Shown here: positions 39,841-50,525 of the stretch, in pieces
Layout of the letters: each line of letters opens with the position of its first letter
Position numbering within the stretch: position 1 is the stretch's first letter
Assembly (NCBI GenBank): GCA_963675755.2
Contig: CAXXMD010000003.1
Coordinates: 1,120,001 to 1,184,000 of the forward strand
Origin: a bacterium
Lineage (GTDB): Bacteria; Zhuqueibacterota; Zhuqueibacteria; Residuimicrobiales; Krinioviventaceae
DNA: 64,000 nt
Direction: 5' to 3'
Program-made: the position numbers and the translations under genes
The notes under the pieces: model-generated
Databases searched by the model: none
Seen by the model: the letters and a program-made list of their open reading frames with translations, nothing else
What the model was told of the DNA's origin: nothing

Positions 39841-40539
39841 TTGAACAAACATCCATCACTCAAAAACATTGAAATATCTCAAGACATTATTGAGCGCTGG
39901 CAAAGCATTGTTGACATACTTGCTGAAATTCTAGACATCCCCGCTGCACTGGTTATGAGAATTGTTGGAAAAGACCTTGAAGTATTCATGTCCAGCAAGA
40001 GTAAAAACAATCCTTACGAACCGGGTGAAAGAGAACCGCTTGAAGGCTCAGGACTGTATTGCGAAACCGTGATCAAAAGCAGAAACAAACTGCTTATCCC
40101 CAACGCTCTTTTAGATGAAAAGTGGAAAAACAATCCGGATATTAAACACAACATGATCTCCTACCTTGGCTTTCCTGTGCGCTGGCCCAATGGTATGATT
40201 TTCGGAACACTGTGCGTTTTGGATAATAAAGCCAACTCGTATTCTGATACATTTGAACAATTGATGATCAAGTTCAGAGAAATACTTGAAAACAATCTAT
40301 TACTACTATTCATGAACCACGAATTGGGTGTAAAAAACAAAAACCTTTCTGATTACCTGGCCGAAATTAAATCACTTAGAGAAATTACCCCCATCTGCTC
40401 ATACTGCAAAAAAATCAAAGACGATAAAGGCTATTGGGAAACCGTAGAAGCCTATTTTTCCAAACATACCGACACTAAATTCAGCCATGGATTATGCCCC
40501 GAATGTCTTGAAAAACATTACAAAGATATAATCAAATAA
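39841..40539 (+). CDS. GAF-domain protein with C-terminal Cys-rich zinc-finger-like domain
   Basis: GLYCETV; SYLGFP..WPNG..FGTLCVLD; PICSYCKKI.D..GYW...E.Y; SHGLCPEC. Confidence 0.85.
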   Translation: MNKHPSLKNIEISQDIIERWQSIVDILAEILDIPAALVMRIVGKDLEVFMSSKSKNNPYEPGEREPLEGSGLYCETVIKSRNKLLIPNALLDEKWKNNPDIKHNMISYLGFPVRWPNGMIFGTLCVLDNKANSYSDTFEQLMIKFREILENNLLLLFMNHELGVKNKNLSDYLAEIKSLREITPICSYCKKIKDDKGYWETVEAYFSKHTDTKFSHGLCPECLEKHYKDIIK

Positions 40540-40590
40540 TCTCAAATTTCGACACTAAAGCGTACAATGCTTATTCATACAATTATTTAC

Positions 40591-40619
40591 TTGCATATCT
40601 ATTGAATCATGAATATAAT
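40591..40619 (+). promoter_or_regulatory. Putative sigma70 promoter
   Basis: TTGCAT-17 nt-TATAAT. Confidence 0.6.
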
Positions 40620-40726
40620 TTATAAGGACCATCCCCTAGACACATCCCTGTAGATACTTGTTCCTGGTCCTGAATTATTTTTTTTGATCAAATTAAATCA
40701 ATTCATATACAATCAGGGAGATAGCC

Positions 40727-42274
40727 ATGTGTTGTGAATGCAATCAATTTAAAATCAATCGTCGTGATTTTATGGGACTTTCAGCAATGGGTTTAGCCGC
40801 AGCCGGCATGATAGCACCATCGTTGTCCGCAGGCAGTACGCTCCAAGAGTGGGATCCTGAAAAACCATTTAAAGTAAACGCTCAAAAATTACGTGTACAG
40901 CCGGTTTTACTCTACTCTATTCCTACCCGAAAACCTCAGGTATCATGGCGTCCCTGGGGAGGATTACATACAGAAAAAGATGTAGCAATTGAAGCTACAC
41001 GAATCATCAAAGAACTCAATGAGCTAGAAAAAAAATCAGATGCTCTTGAAATTCTTCCATTGGTCAAAGTCAACTCGCTTGAAAAAGCTGTAGCTTTTGA
41101 AAAATCAAAGGACTATGATGTTCCTATTGTATATGCTGCTGCAGGAGATACAGGGATGCTTGAAGCCATTGTTTCTGACAAACGCAATAACCTTATATTT
41201 CTCCGACATCGTTCAGGTCCTGTTTATCTCTGGTACGAGATCATCCACAATCGGTTCTTACGCAAGGGTGGAAAAGAATTTGAACTGGACGAATACCGAA
41301 ATCCCGCGGGTATGAATATTCATGATATAATAGTAGATGACTATGATGAATTGTTATATAAACTCCGTGGATTATATGCTGTTAAAAATTTTATGGGACA
41401 AAAAGTTGTTGCCCTGGGTGGTAGCGGTGGCTGGTGCTGTCCCCTGGCTCCTTCTGTATCTCAGGATAAATTTAATTTCAACATTCAAACCGTAGAATAC
41501 GATGACCTGGCAAAACGGATTCAATCAGCCAGAGCGAATACAGCCTTAAAAGCCAAAGCTGAAAAATGGACAAACACATATCTCTCCATGCTGGATACAA
41601 CCCTGCACACAGAAAGACAGTTTGTTGTTAATGCCTTTATTTTGTACAGTATATTTAAAGACCTGCTGAATGAGCACAATGCAAACGCATTTACAATAAA
41701 AAGCTGCATGGGCACAGTCATACCCATGGCAGAGACAACAGCATGTCTACCGCTCAGCCTGCTTAACGACGAAGGCGCAATGGCATTCTGCGAATCGGAT
41801 TTTAATGTAATACCCTCCGGTGTTTTGTTGTATTATCTGGCTGGCAAACCGGTCTTTTTAAATGATCCCACTTATCCGCATCATGGTATGGTCACTGCAG
41901 CACATTGCACCGCCCCCAGACGCATGGATGGAAAAAATTATGCATTGGCAAAAGTAGTTACTCATTTCGAATCCGATTATGGTGCGACACCCAAGGTAGA
42001 ATTACCTATCGGTACACCGATAACCATGGTTTGCCCTGACAGCGGACAAAAAGAGTGGTTGGGATTTACAGGAACAATTGAAGAAAATCCGTTTTATGAT
42101 ATTTGCCGCTCACAATATGACATAAAAATTGATGGTAACTGGAAAAAGTTATTAGCTGACCACCGTGGTTTTCATTGGATGATGGCATGCGGTGACTATA
42201 CACGTGAAATGGAATATGCATGCGGTAAAATCAATGTCAATTGGAAAAATATTTCTGATGTTTATTCAGTTTAA
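40727..42274 (+). CDS. Tat-exported L-fucose/L-arabinose isomerase-like protein
   Basis: NRRDFM; C-terminal TIKSCM, CLPLSLLND, CESD, AHCTAP, THFESDYG, CRSQ, GFHW. Confidence 0.65.
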   Translation: MCCECNQFKINRRDFMGLSAMGLAAAGMIAPSLSAGSTLQEWDPEKPFKVNAQKLRVQPVLLYSIPTRKPQVSWRPWGGLHTEKDVAIEATRIIKELNELEKKSDALEILPLVKVNSLEKAVAFEKSKDYDVPIVYAAAGDTGMLEAIVSDKRNNLIFLRHRSGPVYLWYEIIHNRFLRKGGKEFELDEYRNPAGMNIHDIIVDDYDELLYKLRGLYAVKNFMGQKVVALGGSGGWCCPLAPSVSQDKFNFNIQTVEYDDLAKRIQSARANTALKAKAEKWTNTYLSMLDTTLHTERQFVVNAFILYSIFKDLLNEHNANAFTIKSCMGTVIPMAETTACLPLSLLNDEGAMAFCESDFNVIPSGVLLYYLAGKPVFLNDPTYPHHGMVTAAHCTAPRRMDGKNYALAKVVTHFESDYGATPKVELPIGTPITMVCPDSGQKEWLGFTGTIEENPFYDICRSQYDIKIDGNWKKLLADHRGFHWMMACGDYTREMEYACGKINVNWKNISDVYSV

Positions 42275-42390
42275 AATATTTTCTCTGTTATTTCGTTTAT
42301 AATCATCTTAAATGTAAATTGTTGAAATAAATGAATTAAAGTATTGTTGTATGACATAGACTCTTTTTACAACAGGAACAAATCATTCAA

Positions 42391-44292
42391 ATGTTTAAAA
42401 ATATCAACATTGGTTTACGTATTGGCTTGGGATTTTTAATAATCCTGCTTTTGTTTATTTTTGTCTATTTTTTTACAGTCCATCAAATGGGTGTATTGTC
42501 CAATCTTACCAGTCTCATGTACAAACACCCATTAACTGTCAGCAATGCCGTTCTTAGGATTGAATACAACATTACCCGTATTCATCGTTCAATGAAAGAT
42601 GTGGCCTTGTCGCAAAATCAGACAGAAATTGATCAGGCTGTTAACCTGGTGAACCAATATGAATCTATGGTTTATAAAGATTTTGAAATCATTCAGGAAC
42701 GTTTTCTAGGCGACAGTACAATGTATTTACATGCCCGTGACCTGTTTTCCCAATGGAAACCTATCCGTGACTCGGTAATCACTTTGATGGACCAGGGTGA
42801 AAATCAACAAGCCGCCATGATTACCAAACATAAAGGTGCCCAACACGTCTTAAAACTGGAATCGGCCATGCAGGTTCTGAATGATTTTGCTCAAAACAAA
42901 GCATTTTCATTTTATAATGAAGCGCTGGTGAGAAGATCTCATTCATTAAGTATTACCTATACACTGGCAATACTGGTTTTACTTGTTGGCTCTCTTTTCA
43001 TTGTGCTGCTCACATTTAGCATAACCCAGCCATTAACCACCCTCATGAATGCGGTTATGGAGATCAGTTCCGGCAACCTGACAAAAAGAATAAACATTCA
43101 ATCCAAAGATGAAACCGGATTGCTGGCAACAGCCTTTAACCAGATGACAGAAAAATTGCAGGCGTCGCATAAAGATCTTGAAGACAAAATATTTCACCGC
43201 ACTATTGAATTGGAAAAAGCCAATTCCGATTTAAAACAGAAAATACACGAATTGCACTTGGCCCAGGAGGACCTGCTTCTCCATACACAAGCGTTAGATA
43301 ATATGCTTGAAGGTGTACATATCATCAAAACTCTGGACAACTCTTTTTTATATATGAATACTGCATCTGAAAAAATGTTTGGGTATCAAAAATCTGAACT
43401 TTTTGAAAAAAAATTATGTACAATCATCTCTCCTGACACTGATAAAACGCCAAAAGAGATTGCACAAGAAATTAACCAAAAATTACTCTCAGAAGGTGAT
43501 TGGGAAGATGTATTACTTTGCGTAAGAAAAGATGGCTCACAATTCTGGGCACAAACCAAAATATCCGCATTCAAACATTCCCTTCATGGTATAATTGGCA
43601 TTATTGTTCAGGAAGACATAACCGAACGAAAACAAGCCGAAGAACAGATAAAATCTGCATTAAAAGAAAAAGAGACCCTGTTACGCGAACTCTATCATCG
43701 CACTAAAAACAACATGCAGGTTATTCGCTCTATCATTTCTTTACAAAGGGCTTATTCTCAAAACGAAGAACTGGAATCCATCTTTCAGGATACTGAAAAT
43801 AAAATACAGGCAATGGCACTGGTACATCAAAAGTTGTATCAGTCCAAAGACCTGTCAAAAATCAATCTGGCAGAATATTTTCAGGAACTCACTGATCTCA
43901 TTGTCCAAAGTTTTCATTCACCTCATATAAATATCCAATTGGATTTACAATTGGAGGACGTTATTGTATTGATCGATACTGCTATCCCCTGCGGATTGAT
44001 TGTGAATGAACTTGTATCTAACACATTAAAACATGCCTTTCCGGATCAATCCACAGGTACCATTACCATTAAACTGTTTATAAACGATGATGGTGATGTT
44101 GAATTGTATTTCATGGACAACGGAATAGGTGTACCGCAGGATTTCAATTTTAGAACTCAAAAATCTTTGGGTTTACAAACCATAATTACGATTACTGAAC
44201 ACCAGCTAAAAGGCAAAATACAATTCAGTTCGGACAATGGAACAACCTGTCATATTATATTCAGTGATGAAAAAAATATAGAGAGGATATAA
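42391..44292 (+). CDS. Membrane sensor kinase: 4-helix-bundle sensor, HAMP, PAS, HisKA_2
   Basis: 2 TM helices; I..PL...G.L...DE.G.LA.AFN.M HAMP; ELYHRTKNNMQ; DNGIG. Confidence 0.9.
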   Translation: MFKNINIGLRIGLGFLIILLLFIFVYFFTVHQMGVLSNLTSLMYKHPLTVSNAVLRIEYNITRIHRSMKDVALSQNQTEIDQAVNLVNQYESMVYKDFEIIQERFLGDSTMYLHARDLFSQWKPIRDSVITLMDQGENQQAAMITKHKGAQHVLKLESAMQVLNDFAQNKAFSFYNEALVRRSHSLSITYTLAILVLLVGSLFIVLLTFSITQPLTTLMNAVMEISSGNLTKRINIQSKDETGLLATAFNQMTEKLQASHKDLEDKIFHRTIELEKANSDLKQKIHELHLAQEDLLLHTQALDNMLEGVHIIKTLDNSFLYMNTASEKMFGYQKSELFEKKLCTIISPDTDKTPKEIAQEINQKLLSEGDWEDVLLCVRKDGSQFWAQTKISAFKHSLHGIIGIIVQEDITERKQAEEQIKSALKEKETLLRELYHRTKNNMQVIRSIISLQRAYSQNEELESIFQDTENKIQAMALVHQKLYQSKDLSKINLAEYFQELTDLIVQSFHSPHINIQLDLQLEDVIVLIDTAIPCGLIVNELVSNTLKHAFPDQSTGTITIKLFINDDGDVELYFMDNGIGVPQDFNFRTQKSLGLQTIITITEHQLKGKIQFSSDNGTTCHIIFSDEKNIERI

Positions 44293-44293
44293 T

Positions 44294-44662
44294 ATGAATC
44301 ATGTTCCTGAAATCCTGATTGTTGAAGATGAGGCATTTACCGCAATGAGCCTGCGCCTGGAACTTGAAAGAGCCGGATACAATGTATGCAGCATCCTTTC
44401 AACCGGAGAACAGGCTGTATCTTTTACTAAAGACAACAAACCTGATTATATCCTGATGGATATTCGCCTGGGTGGTGAAATAGATGGTATAGAAGCCGCA
44501 GAACAAATCAAGTCATCCCAAAATCTACCCATTATTTTCATGTCAGGATACGATGACAAATCATCAAGACAGCGCGCGCAAAAACTGAACCCGCTCAGCT
44601 ACCTGGTAAAACCCATCACCCTTGGGGACTTGACAGATGTATTAGAATCTGTTGACAAATAA
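44294..44662 (+). CDS. Single-domain response regulator
   Basis: ILIVEDE; LMDI; DGIE; KP. Confidence 0.92.
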   Translation: MNHVPEILIVEDEAFTAMSLRLELERAGYNVCSILSTGEQAVSFTKDNKPDYILMDIRLGGEIDGIEAAEQIKSSQNLPIIFMSGYDDKSSRQRAQKLNPLSYLVKPITLGDLTDVLESVDK

Positions 44663-44714
44663 AATTATTATTTCTACATTTTCTTATATATTTTTAAACA
44701 ATTGGAGGGGGGTC

Positions 44715-45635
44715 ATGAGAAAATCATTTCTTTTAATCCTGATTGCGTCTTTACCCACAATTGCTCAAGTGCCTGACTCTGTACTGGCCTATTATCCATT
44801 ACATACCGGCAACTATTGGGAGTATACGGAATTTGCCAGTGAGTGGGATTATCTCTATTGGCAGCGTTATTTTTGCCTCGAGGTGACCGGCGATACACTG
44901 ATGGAAAACGGCAAGAGCTACAAAATCCTGCAAAAACAATACATCCCGGATACGTTAGAGACAACATACTATTTCGAACGGGTGGATACGTTAACAGGTA
45001 ACATCTTTCGATATTGCAACAAATATGATTTCATAGATAACGAATACAAAATCGACAGTCTGAACATTCAATTGGGGGATACGGTTGCTGCCTCTCGCAA
45101 TTATCCATCGGATGCAAACGAAAATGAAATATTATGTCAATATTTAATCTCTGACACCCTGTTTAATCAATCTTTTCAAACAAAATATTTTGCTTGCATT
45201 AGCTTTATCCCCGGATTTAGTTACCGTTTGGCAAAAGGTATAGGTTTGGTTCGCTTTACTTTCGGCGGTGAAATCGCGCAAACATATCAAACATTAAAAT
45301 ATGCCAGAATCAATAATGTTGAATATGGAAACAAACTGCCAACCTATGTACAAAACGAGTCCTCAGAACCTGGTAGCTTTTCATTGAACCAGAACTATCC
45401 CAATCCATTCAATCCTTCAACCAAGATCAGTTACAATCTGGATCGGGCTGCTCAAGTATCCCTCATCATATATGACACGCTGGGACGCCAGGTACGTTCA
45501 CTCGTCAATAAACATCAGGATTCAGGGCACCATACAATCAATGTCAATTTTAATGACATTGCTGCGGGTGTCTATTTTTATCAATTAAAATCCAGAGATC
45601 AAATCCAGACAAGGAAAATGCTGCTGTTACGTTAA
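44715..45635 (+). CDS. Secreted protein with T9SS-type C-terminal domain
   Basis: Start MRKS with ggagg RBS; YYPL..GN.W.Y; LAKGIGLV; QNYPNPFNP...KMLLLR. Confidence 0.8.
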   Translation: MRKSFLLILIASLPTIAQVPDSVLAYYPLHTGNYWEYTEFASEWDYLYWQRYFCLEVTGDTLMENGKSYKILQKQYIPDTLETTYYFERVDTLTGNIFRYCNKYDFIDNEYKIDSLNIQLGDTVAASRNYPSDANENEILCQYLISDTLFNQSFQTKYFACISFIPGFSYRLAKGIGLVRFTFGGEIAQTYQTLKYARINNVEYGNKLPTYVQNESSEPGSFSLNQNYPNPFNPSTKISYNLDRAAQVSLIIYDTLGRQVRSLVNKHQDSGHHTINVNFNDIAAGVYFYQLKSRDQIQTRKMLLLR

Positions 45636-45675
45636 GGTTCCCCAATGATACTTGCCTATAGATGTATTTATAACA

Positions 45676-45704
45676 ATCGTGACAGAGATAAACTCTGTCA
45701 CGAT
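45676..45704. terminator. Stem-loop between convergent genes
   Basis: atcgtgacagag-ataaa-ctctgtcacgat. Confidence 0.75.
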
Positions 45705-45714
45705 CTAAATTGTC

Positions 45715-46836
45715 CTATTTCACCAGTACAAACTTGCGGGTTTGCGTAAACGAATCTGTTTGTAATTGATAGAAATAAATCCCGCTGGCAAGGCTGCCGG
45801 CCAGAAACGTGACATGATGGTTTCCACTGCTCATGCGCTCATCCATCAGGGTTTGCACAAGCTGCCCCTGTGGATTATAAACATTTAATGTAACATGCTC
45901 TGATACAGGCAGACTAAATTTAATATTCGTAATCGGATTAAAAGGATTGGGATACGCGGCTTTAAGCTGATACGCTTCCGGAATACTTGCATCATTTACC
46001 GCAGATGGTCCGTAATAACCTTCCAGATTGTAATATGTATACAATACATCACTCACCACATGAAAGCCAATTCCATCCAGTTCGTGCTCCAAGGTCTGCC
46101 ATCCTGCACCAGGCATGAATACCGAAACCCGGTCATCCCGCGGCAGAGACGAAAACTCGTTCGGTTCCGCATAGAGCAACAACCCGGCGGTTTCTGACAA
46201 GGCGAGTGAATCGTTTGTGAATTGCGGTAATCCAAAAGCATCCAGTACCGTCAGTTTGTGAAAACCATACAGATCAGATTCAACAATCCCTACCGGGGCA
46301 AATTCAGCACTGAGCCGTTGCAGCTCAATATAAACAGAATCCATTTCCGGCAAGGCGGCTCCGGTCAGGTACAGTTTGCTTTCCTGGCCTCCGGCAACAA
46401 TGGTTACCGTATCATCATCCGAATGGACCCATGCGCCGCTATGGTCACCATATCCACCTGTTCGGAATTCGTAAGTCCAACTGTTGAATCCACCGGTCAT
46501 ATTAGAGATACGGGTAAATCCCGCTCCCTCCAGATATGCCGAAGCAGCCGCGCTTCGACCACCGGATTTACAGTATACAATTATGTCTATATCTTTGGGC
46601 AACAATTCTTTATGATTTTCAAGCACGCCACTTGACCACGGCATGTTTGCAGGAGTCAGAACCGGCATACCATCGGGTTCTGCAATATGTCCGCTGATAT
46701 ATTCGCTCACTTCACGCACATCCAAAAGTAACAAAGAATCCCTTTCTGCAAGACGGGTATGCACTTGTTCCGGAGTCAGGTTGGTATAGGCAAAGGAAAC
46801 AGAAACGGAAATCAACAACAGAATAAAAGATCGCAT
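45715..46836 (-). CDS. Secreted rhodanese-domain protein with T9SS-type C-terminal domain
   Basis: Signal peptide; LDVRE..EY..GHI; active loop YCKSGGRS; GGF.SW; YPNPFNP tail. Confidence 0.85.
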   Translation of the reverse strand: MRSFILLLISVSVSFAYTNLTPEQVHTRLAERDSLLLLDVREVSEYISGHIAEPDGMPVLTPANMPWSSGVLENHKELLPKDIDIIVYCKSGGRSAAASAYLEGAGFTRISNMTGGFNSWTYEFRTGGYGDHSGAWVHSDDDTVTIVAGGQESKLYLTGAALPEMDSVYIELQRLSAEFAPVGIVESDLYGFHKLTVLDAFGLPQFTNDSLALSETAGLLLYAEPNEFSSLPRDDRVSVFMPGAGWQTLEHELDGIGFHVVSDVLYTYYNLEGYYGPSAVNDASIPEAYQLKAAYPNPFNPITNIKFSLPVSEHVTLNVYNPQGQLVQTLMDERMSSGNHHVTFLAGSLASGIYFYQLQTDSFTQTRKFVLVK

Positions 46837-47132
46837 TCAAAACTCCCCAATCATATGAAAATTTTAGTTTTAAAAACAATAAATCCATTATAGATAAAAA
46901 AAAGGGGAATTACAATAACATTCTAATTAAGAAGAGTAAAATCCAAGCCTATATCTAACAGCCGGGTGATATTACTCTCTTTATGATGTATTGTTGAAAA
47001 AACAAAAAGTCTTCTAGTCCCGAACAATTTTCAGACTCTCTATTCTCTTGATTCTGGAAAGAGTATTTACTACATTTGATTATAACAGGGATTTCAATAA
47101 ATTCAATTCAATAAAACAGGGGCCAACCACCA

Positions 47133-50100
47133 ATGAAAAAAAAACTGATACTATTATGCCTTATTGCGTCTATAGCTTTTTCAGAAACTGTGATTAATCA
47201 AGGCCCTGTAAGCGGGTTCTGGACGCGTGAAAATTCACCTTACATCATTCAGGGAGATATTGAAATCCCCCAAAACGATTCCCTGTTAATTGGCCCCGGT
47301 GTGCAAGTCTTATTCAACGGACATTATTCTCTTACAGCATATGGACTGTTTAAAGCACAGGGTACAGAACAGGATAGTATTCTCATCAGTTCAACTCACG
47401 CAGATACGTTGTGGAATGGATTAAAATTTATTAGAAACTTTTCTATTTTTGATTATTGTAAAATTACAAGATGTTATGCAAATAATGATACGGCTAAATT
47501 GGGTGGAACAATACTATCAAATGATGCAGATTTAAACATCACACATAGTCATATACATCATAATTCTGTTAAATTCAAAACATACTATTATGCTGCCGGT
47601 GCAATTATAGCTCATGATGCGAATGTTGATATTTCAAATAATATAATATCTTTTAATACGATTACTTCAAGAGGTGGTGGAGCCGGCGCAGTATGTATCA
47701 AAGGGGGGAAGGCAAATTTATGTTATAACAAATTTGATCATAATGATAGTGAGGGTTATTGGAGTCATGAGGGTGCTGGTGCAATTGAAATTTACAACGC
47801 TAATGCTTCTATAAAATTCAATTTAATCTATGAAAACTTTGGTGCATCATGTGAATCAATTCATGCACGAAATAGTTATACCAGATTAGTAAACAATACA
47901 ATAGTATTTAATAAAACAATATATGATAATTGGAATACAATCAGGATAGAGGGTGAAGGATTAGCAGTAAACAATATTATTTATAATAAAGCAAATACAT
48001 ATTTTTATGAATTAGGCAATAAAGTTGAATATAATTGCTTATATAATATTGATACAAACCCATTGAATAATAATAACTTTGATCAAAAACCATTATTTGT
48101 TGATGAAGACAACTATGACTTTCACCTTTCATCCAACTCTCCTTGCATAGATGCCGGACATCCGGATTCATCTTTTATTGATGAACCTGAATATAATGGG
48201 GGCAGAATTAACCTGGGATGTTATGGAAATACAGCCGAAGCAACCGTTTCCAATCCACAGTTATTACTTTTAACATCTGAATTAAACTTTGATAAAGTGA
48301 TAATTTATGAGCCAAAAACATTGACAATTACAATGACAAACGAAGGAGAAACTAGACTCAATATAAATTTATCTTTAAATTCTAATAATTTAAACAATCC
48401 ATTCACCTGTAAAGATTCAACATTTTCAGTATTAGCAGGAGATACATTAAATGTACCTATTGCATATAAACCATCACATGCTAGTAAAGACACTTTGCTA
48501 CTTTTTATTTCCACAAATGATAAACATCAAATCAATGTACCTGTAATGTTAACCGGAGAAGGAATTCTTGGCAGTAGTTTTTCCGGAACATTTGAAAAAC
48601 AATATTCACCATATATTTTGAAACAAGACTTGACAATCCAATCAGGTAAGCAATTAATTATTGAACCCGGCACAACTGTTTTAGCTGATTCTGGTGTATC
48701 CATTATAATTAATGGGTCTCTGATAACAGAGGGAACAGAACAAGACCCAATAATTTTTACTTCCTTAAATCCAAATGAACACTGGGATGGTCTTGTTATC
48801 AATCATACAAATTTACGTAACCCGGAATCTTTAAATTATTGTCACATATCTAACGCAAATATTGGTATACTATTAAGGGACTCTTCAAACTTTTTAAATT
48901 GCTCAATTACCAATTGCGATTCAATTGGTATACTATCATTGGACCATGCAAATATTTTGAATTGCACAATTACAAACTGCAAATCAACAGCAATCTCTAT
49001 AGATTACAAAAGACCAGCAATATATAATGATTCTTTGTTGATTATCAATAATAAAATAGAAAATACATTTAAAGCTTTAAAACTTGAGGGAGATAATTTT
49101 ATTATCAAAAATAATAGAATTGAAAATGTTTATATGACAGCAAATATTTCCGGAAGCAGTGTTTTTATAAATAATACAGTTACAAATGCTGATATAGGAA
49201 TTTATACAAAAGGACCAAGTTTGATCCTGGAAGGAAATACTCTAATAGGGCGTGGAAAACCTTTTAATATTCAAAAAAGAGTATTTTATTTATCTTATGA
49301 TGAAGAAAATAATTATATAGAAGGCTTGAATGCTAAAGATGGTTTAATAACTCCTGGCAGTGAAAAGGCAGATGCATATCTAACATTTGATAGTAAAATA
49401 AGTACGGGTGAAAGAAATGCCATCTATTCAACTACTTTAGATTATAAATTAGTAAAAAAAGTTCCCACAGACGGATTTAAAACAAATGACCTTTTACATA
49501 GGTACAAAACGTATATTATTAAAACTTTAGATGGTGGGCATTTCAAATTTATCTTGGATACTTATACTGTCATAACCGGAAAGTATAAAAGAGGAATAAA
49601 ATGTATAATTGGAACATATATTCCAAAAGGCGTTACTGAATTCCCGGTTATTTCAAATATCAAAGAATGTATTCCCAATGATGGTATACATATTAATAAC
49701 GGAACAGTAAATATTTATGAAAATGGTATTCAATACATAACGCAATTAAACTCATTACTTTGTATCAATTTAACTATGAAGAACAATATAATCGCCAACT
49801 TTACAAACAGAGGTGTTGCAACATATAATACAATTGTTACTCAGTTTACAAATAATAAAATATGGGGAAATGGTGATGCTGGTTTCTTGTATCATTCTCC
49901 TGTTTTCTATAATACACAAAATAATAACTTTTATTCTCCCAAAACAATTAAGGAAAACAATGAAATTTTTAACAACAATGGTTACCAATTTTTAAATTGT
50001 ACTAATGAATCAATTAATCTTCCCTACACCTATTGGGGACCCGAAGATTCTACATCCGTAGATAATATGATCCTCGATCAATCCGAAAACAGCTCACTCG

Positions 50101-50459
50101 GCAAAGTAAATTTTATTCCGTTCCTGGATGCATACAACAATCCGTTAACAGATATAGAGAGTACCGATTCCAAACCGCCCCTCTCCTTTAACCTGCTGGG
50201 CATGTACCCCAATCCCGCCAATCCCTCAGTCAATATTTCATTCGAACTGAGCAAAACCGACCGGGTAGAGATCAACATCTATAATGTTTTGGGTCAGCAT
50301 ATCAAATCCTTGTGTAATACCCGTTACACCGCAGGACAGCACAACCTGACCTGGTATGGACTCAATGAACAGGGTGTCACTTCTCCAAGTGGAGTTTATA
50401 TCGTTTCCATCAAATGCGGGGATGTAAGTATAAACAAGCGTATGGCATTAGTAAGATAG
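47133..50459 (+). CDS. Large secreted parallel beta-helix / Ig-domain protein with T9SS/FlgD-type tail
   Basis: SPYII.GD..I...L.I.PG motif occurs twice; Asn-rich beta-helix repeats; F.L...SPCIDAG; YPNPANP tail. Confidence 0.8.
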   Translation: MKKKLILLCLIASIAFSETVINQGPVSGFWTRENSPYIIQGDIEIPQNDSLLIGPGVQVLFNGHYSLTAYGLFKAQGTEQDSILISSTHADTLWNGLKFIRNFSIFDYCKITRCYANNDTAKLGGTILSNDADLNITHSHIHHNSVKFKTYYYAAGAIIAHDANVDISNNIISFNTITSRGGGAGAVCIKGGKANLCYNKFDHNDSEGYWSHEGAGAIEIYNANASIKFNLIYENFGASCESIHARNSYTRLVNNTIVFNKTIYDNWNTIRIEGEGLAVNNIIYNKANTYFYELGNKVEYNCLYNIDTNPLNNNNFDQKPLFVDEDNYDFHLSSNSPCIDAGHPDSSFIDEPEYNGGRINLGCYGNTAEATVSNPQLLLLTSELNFDKVIIYEPKTLTITMTNEGETRLNINLSLNSNNLNNPFTCKDSTFSVLAGDTLNVPIAYKPSHASKDTLLLFISTNDKHQINVPVMLTGEGILGSSFSGTFEKQYSPYILKQDLTIQSGKQLIIEPGTTVLADSGVSIIINGSLITEGTEQDPIIFTSLNPNEHWDGLVINHTNLRNPESLNYCHISNANIGILLRDSSNFLNCSITNCDSIGILSLDHANILNCTITNCKSTAISIDYKRPAIYNDSLLIINNKIENTFKALKLEGDNFIIKNNRIENVYMTANISGSSVFINNTVTNADIGIYTKGPSLILEGNTLIGRGKPFNIQKRVFYLSYDEENNYIEGLNAKDGLITPGSEKADAYLTFDSKISTGERNAIYSTTLDYKLVKKVPTDGFKTNDLLHRYKTYIIKTLDGGHFKFILDTYTVITGKYKRGIKCIIGTYIPKGVTEFPVISNIKECIPNDGIHINNGTVNIYENGIQYITQLNSLLCINLTMKNNIIANFTNRGVATYNTIVTQFTNNKIWGNGDAGFLYHSPVFYNTQNNNFYSPKTIKENNEIFNNNGYQFLNCTNESINLPYTYWGPEDSTSVDNMILDQSENSSLGKVNFIPFLDAYNNPLTDIESTDSKPPLSFNLLGMYPNPANPSVNISFELSKTDRVEINIYNVLGQHIKSLCNTRYTAGQHNLTWYGLNEQGVTSPSGVYIVSIKCGDVSINKRMALVR

Positions 50460-50466
50460 GTTTTTA

Positions 50467-50513
50467 TTGACAACATTGAAAAAAATAGCTATATTACTTG
50501 TACAATTGTACAA
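50467..50513 (+). promoter_or_regulatory. TA promoter and operator palindrome
   Basis: TTGACA (50467)-17 nt-TATATT; perfect palindrome ttgtacaattgtacaa at 50498-50513 (TGTACA cores, as in Phd/YefM operators). Confidence 0.8.
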
Positions 50514-50525
50514 AAGGAGATTTGT

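Noticed and set aside
46933-46978. Possible c-di-GMP riboswitch (acagccggg inside an agagtaa/ttactct stem)
   Set aside because: Lacks the GNRA-capped P2 and the GCAAA core; only a weak hairpin.
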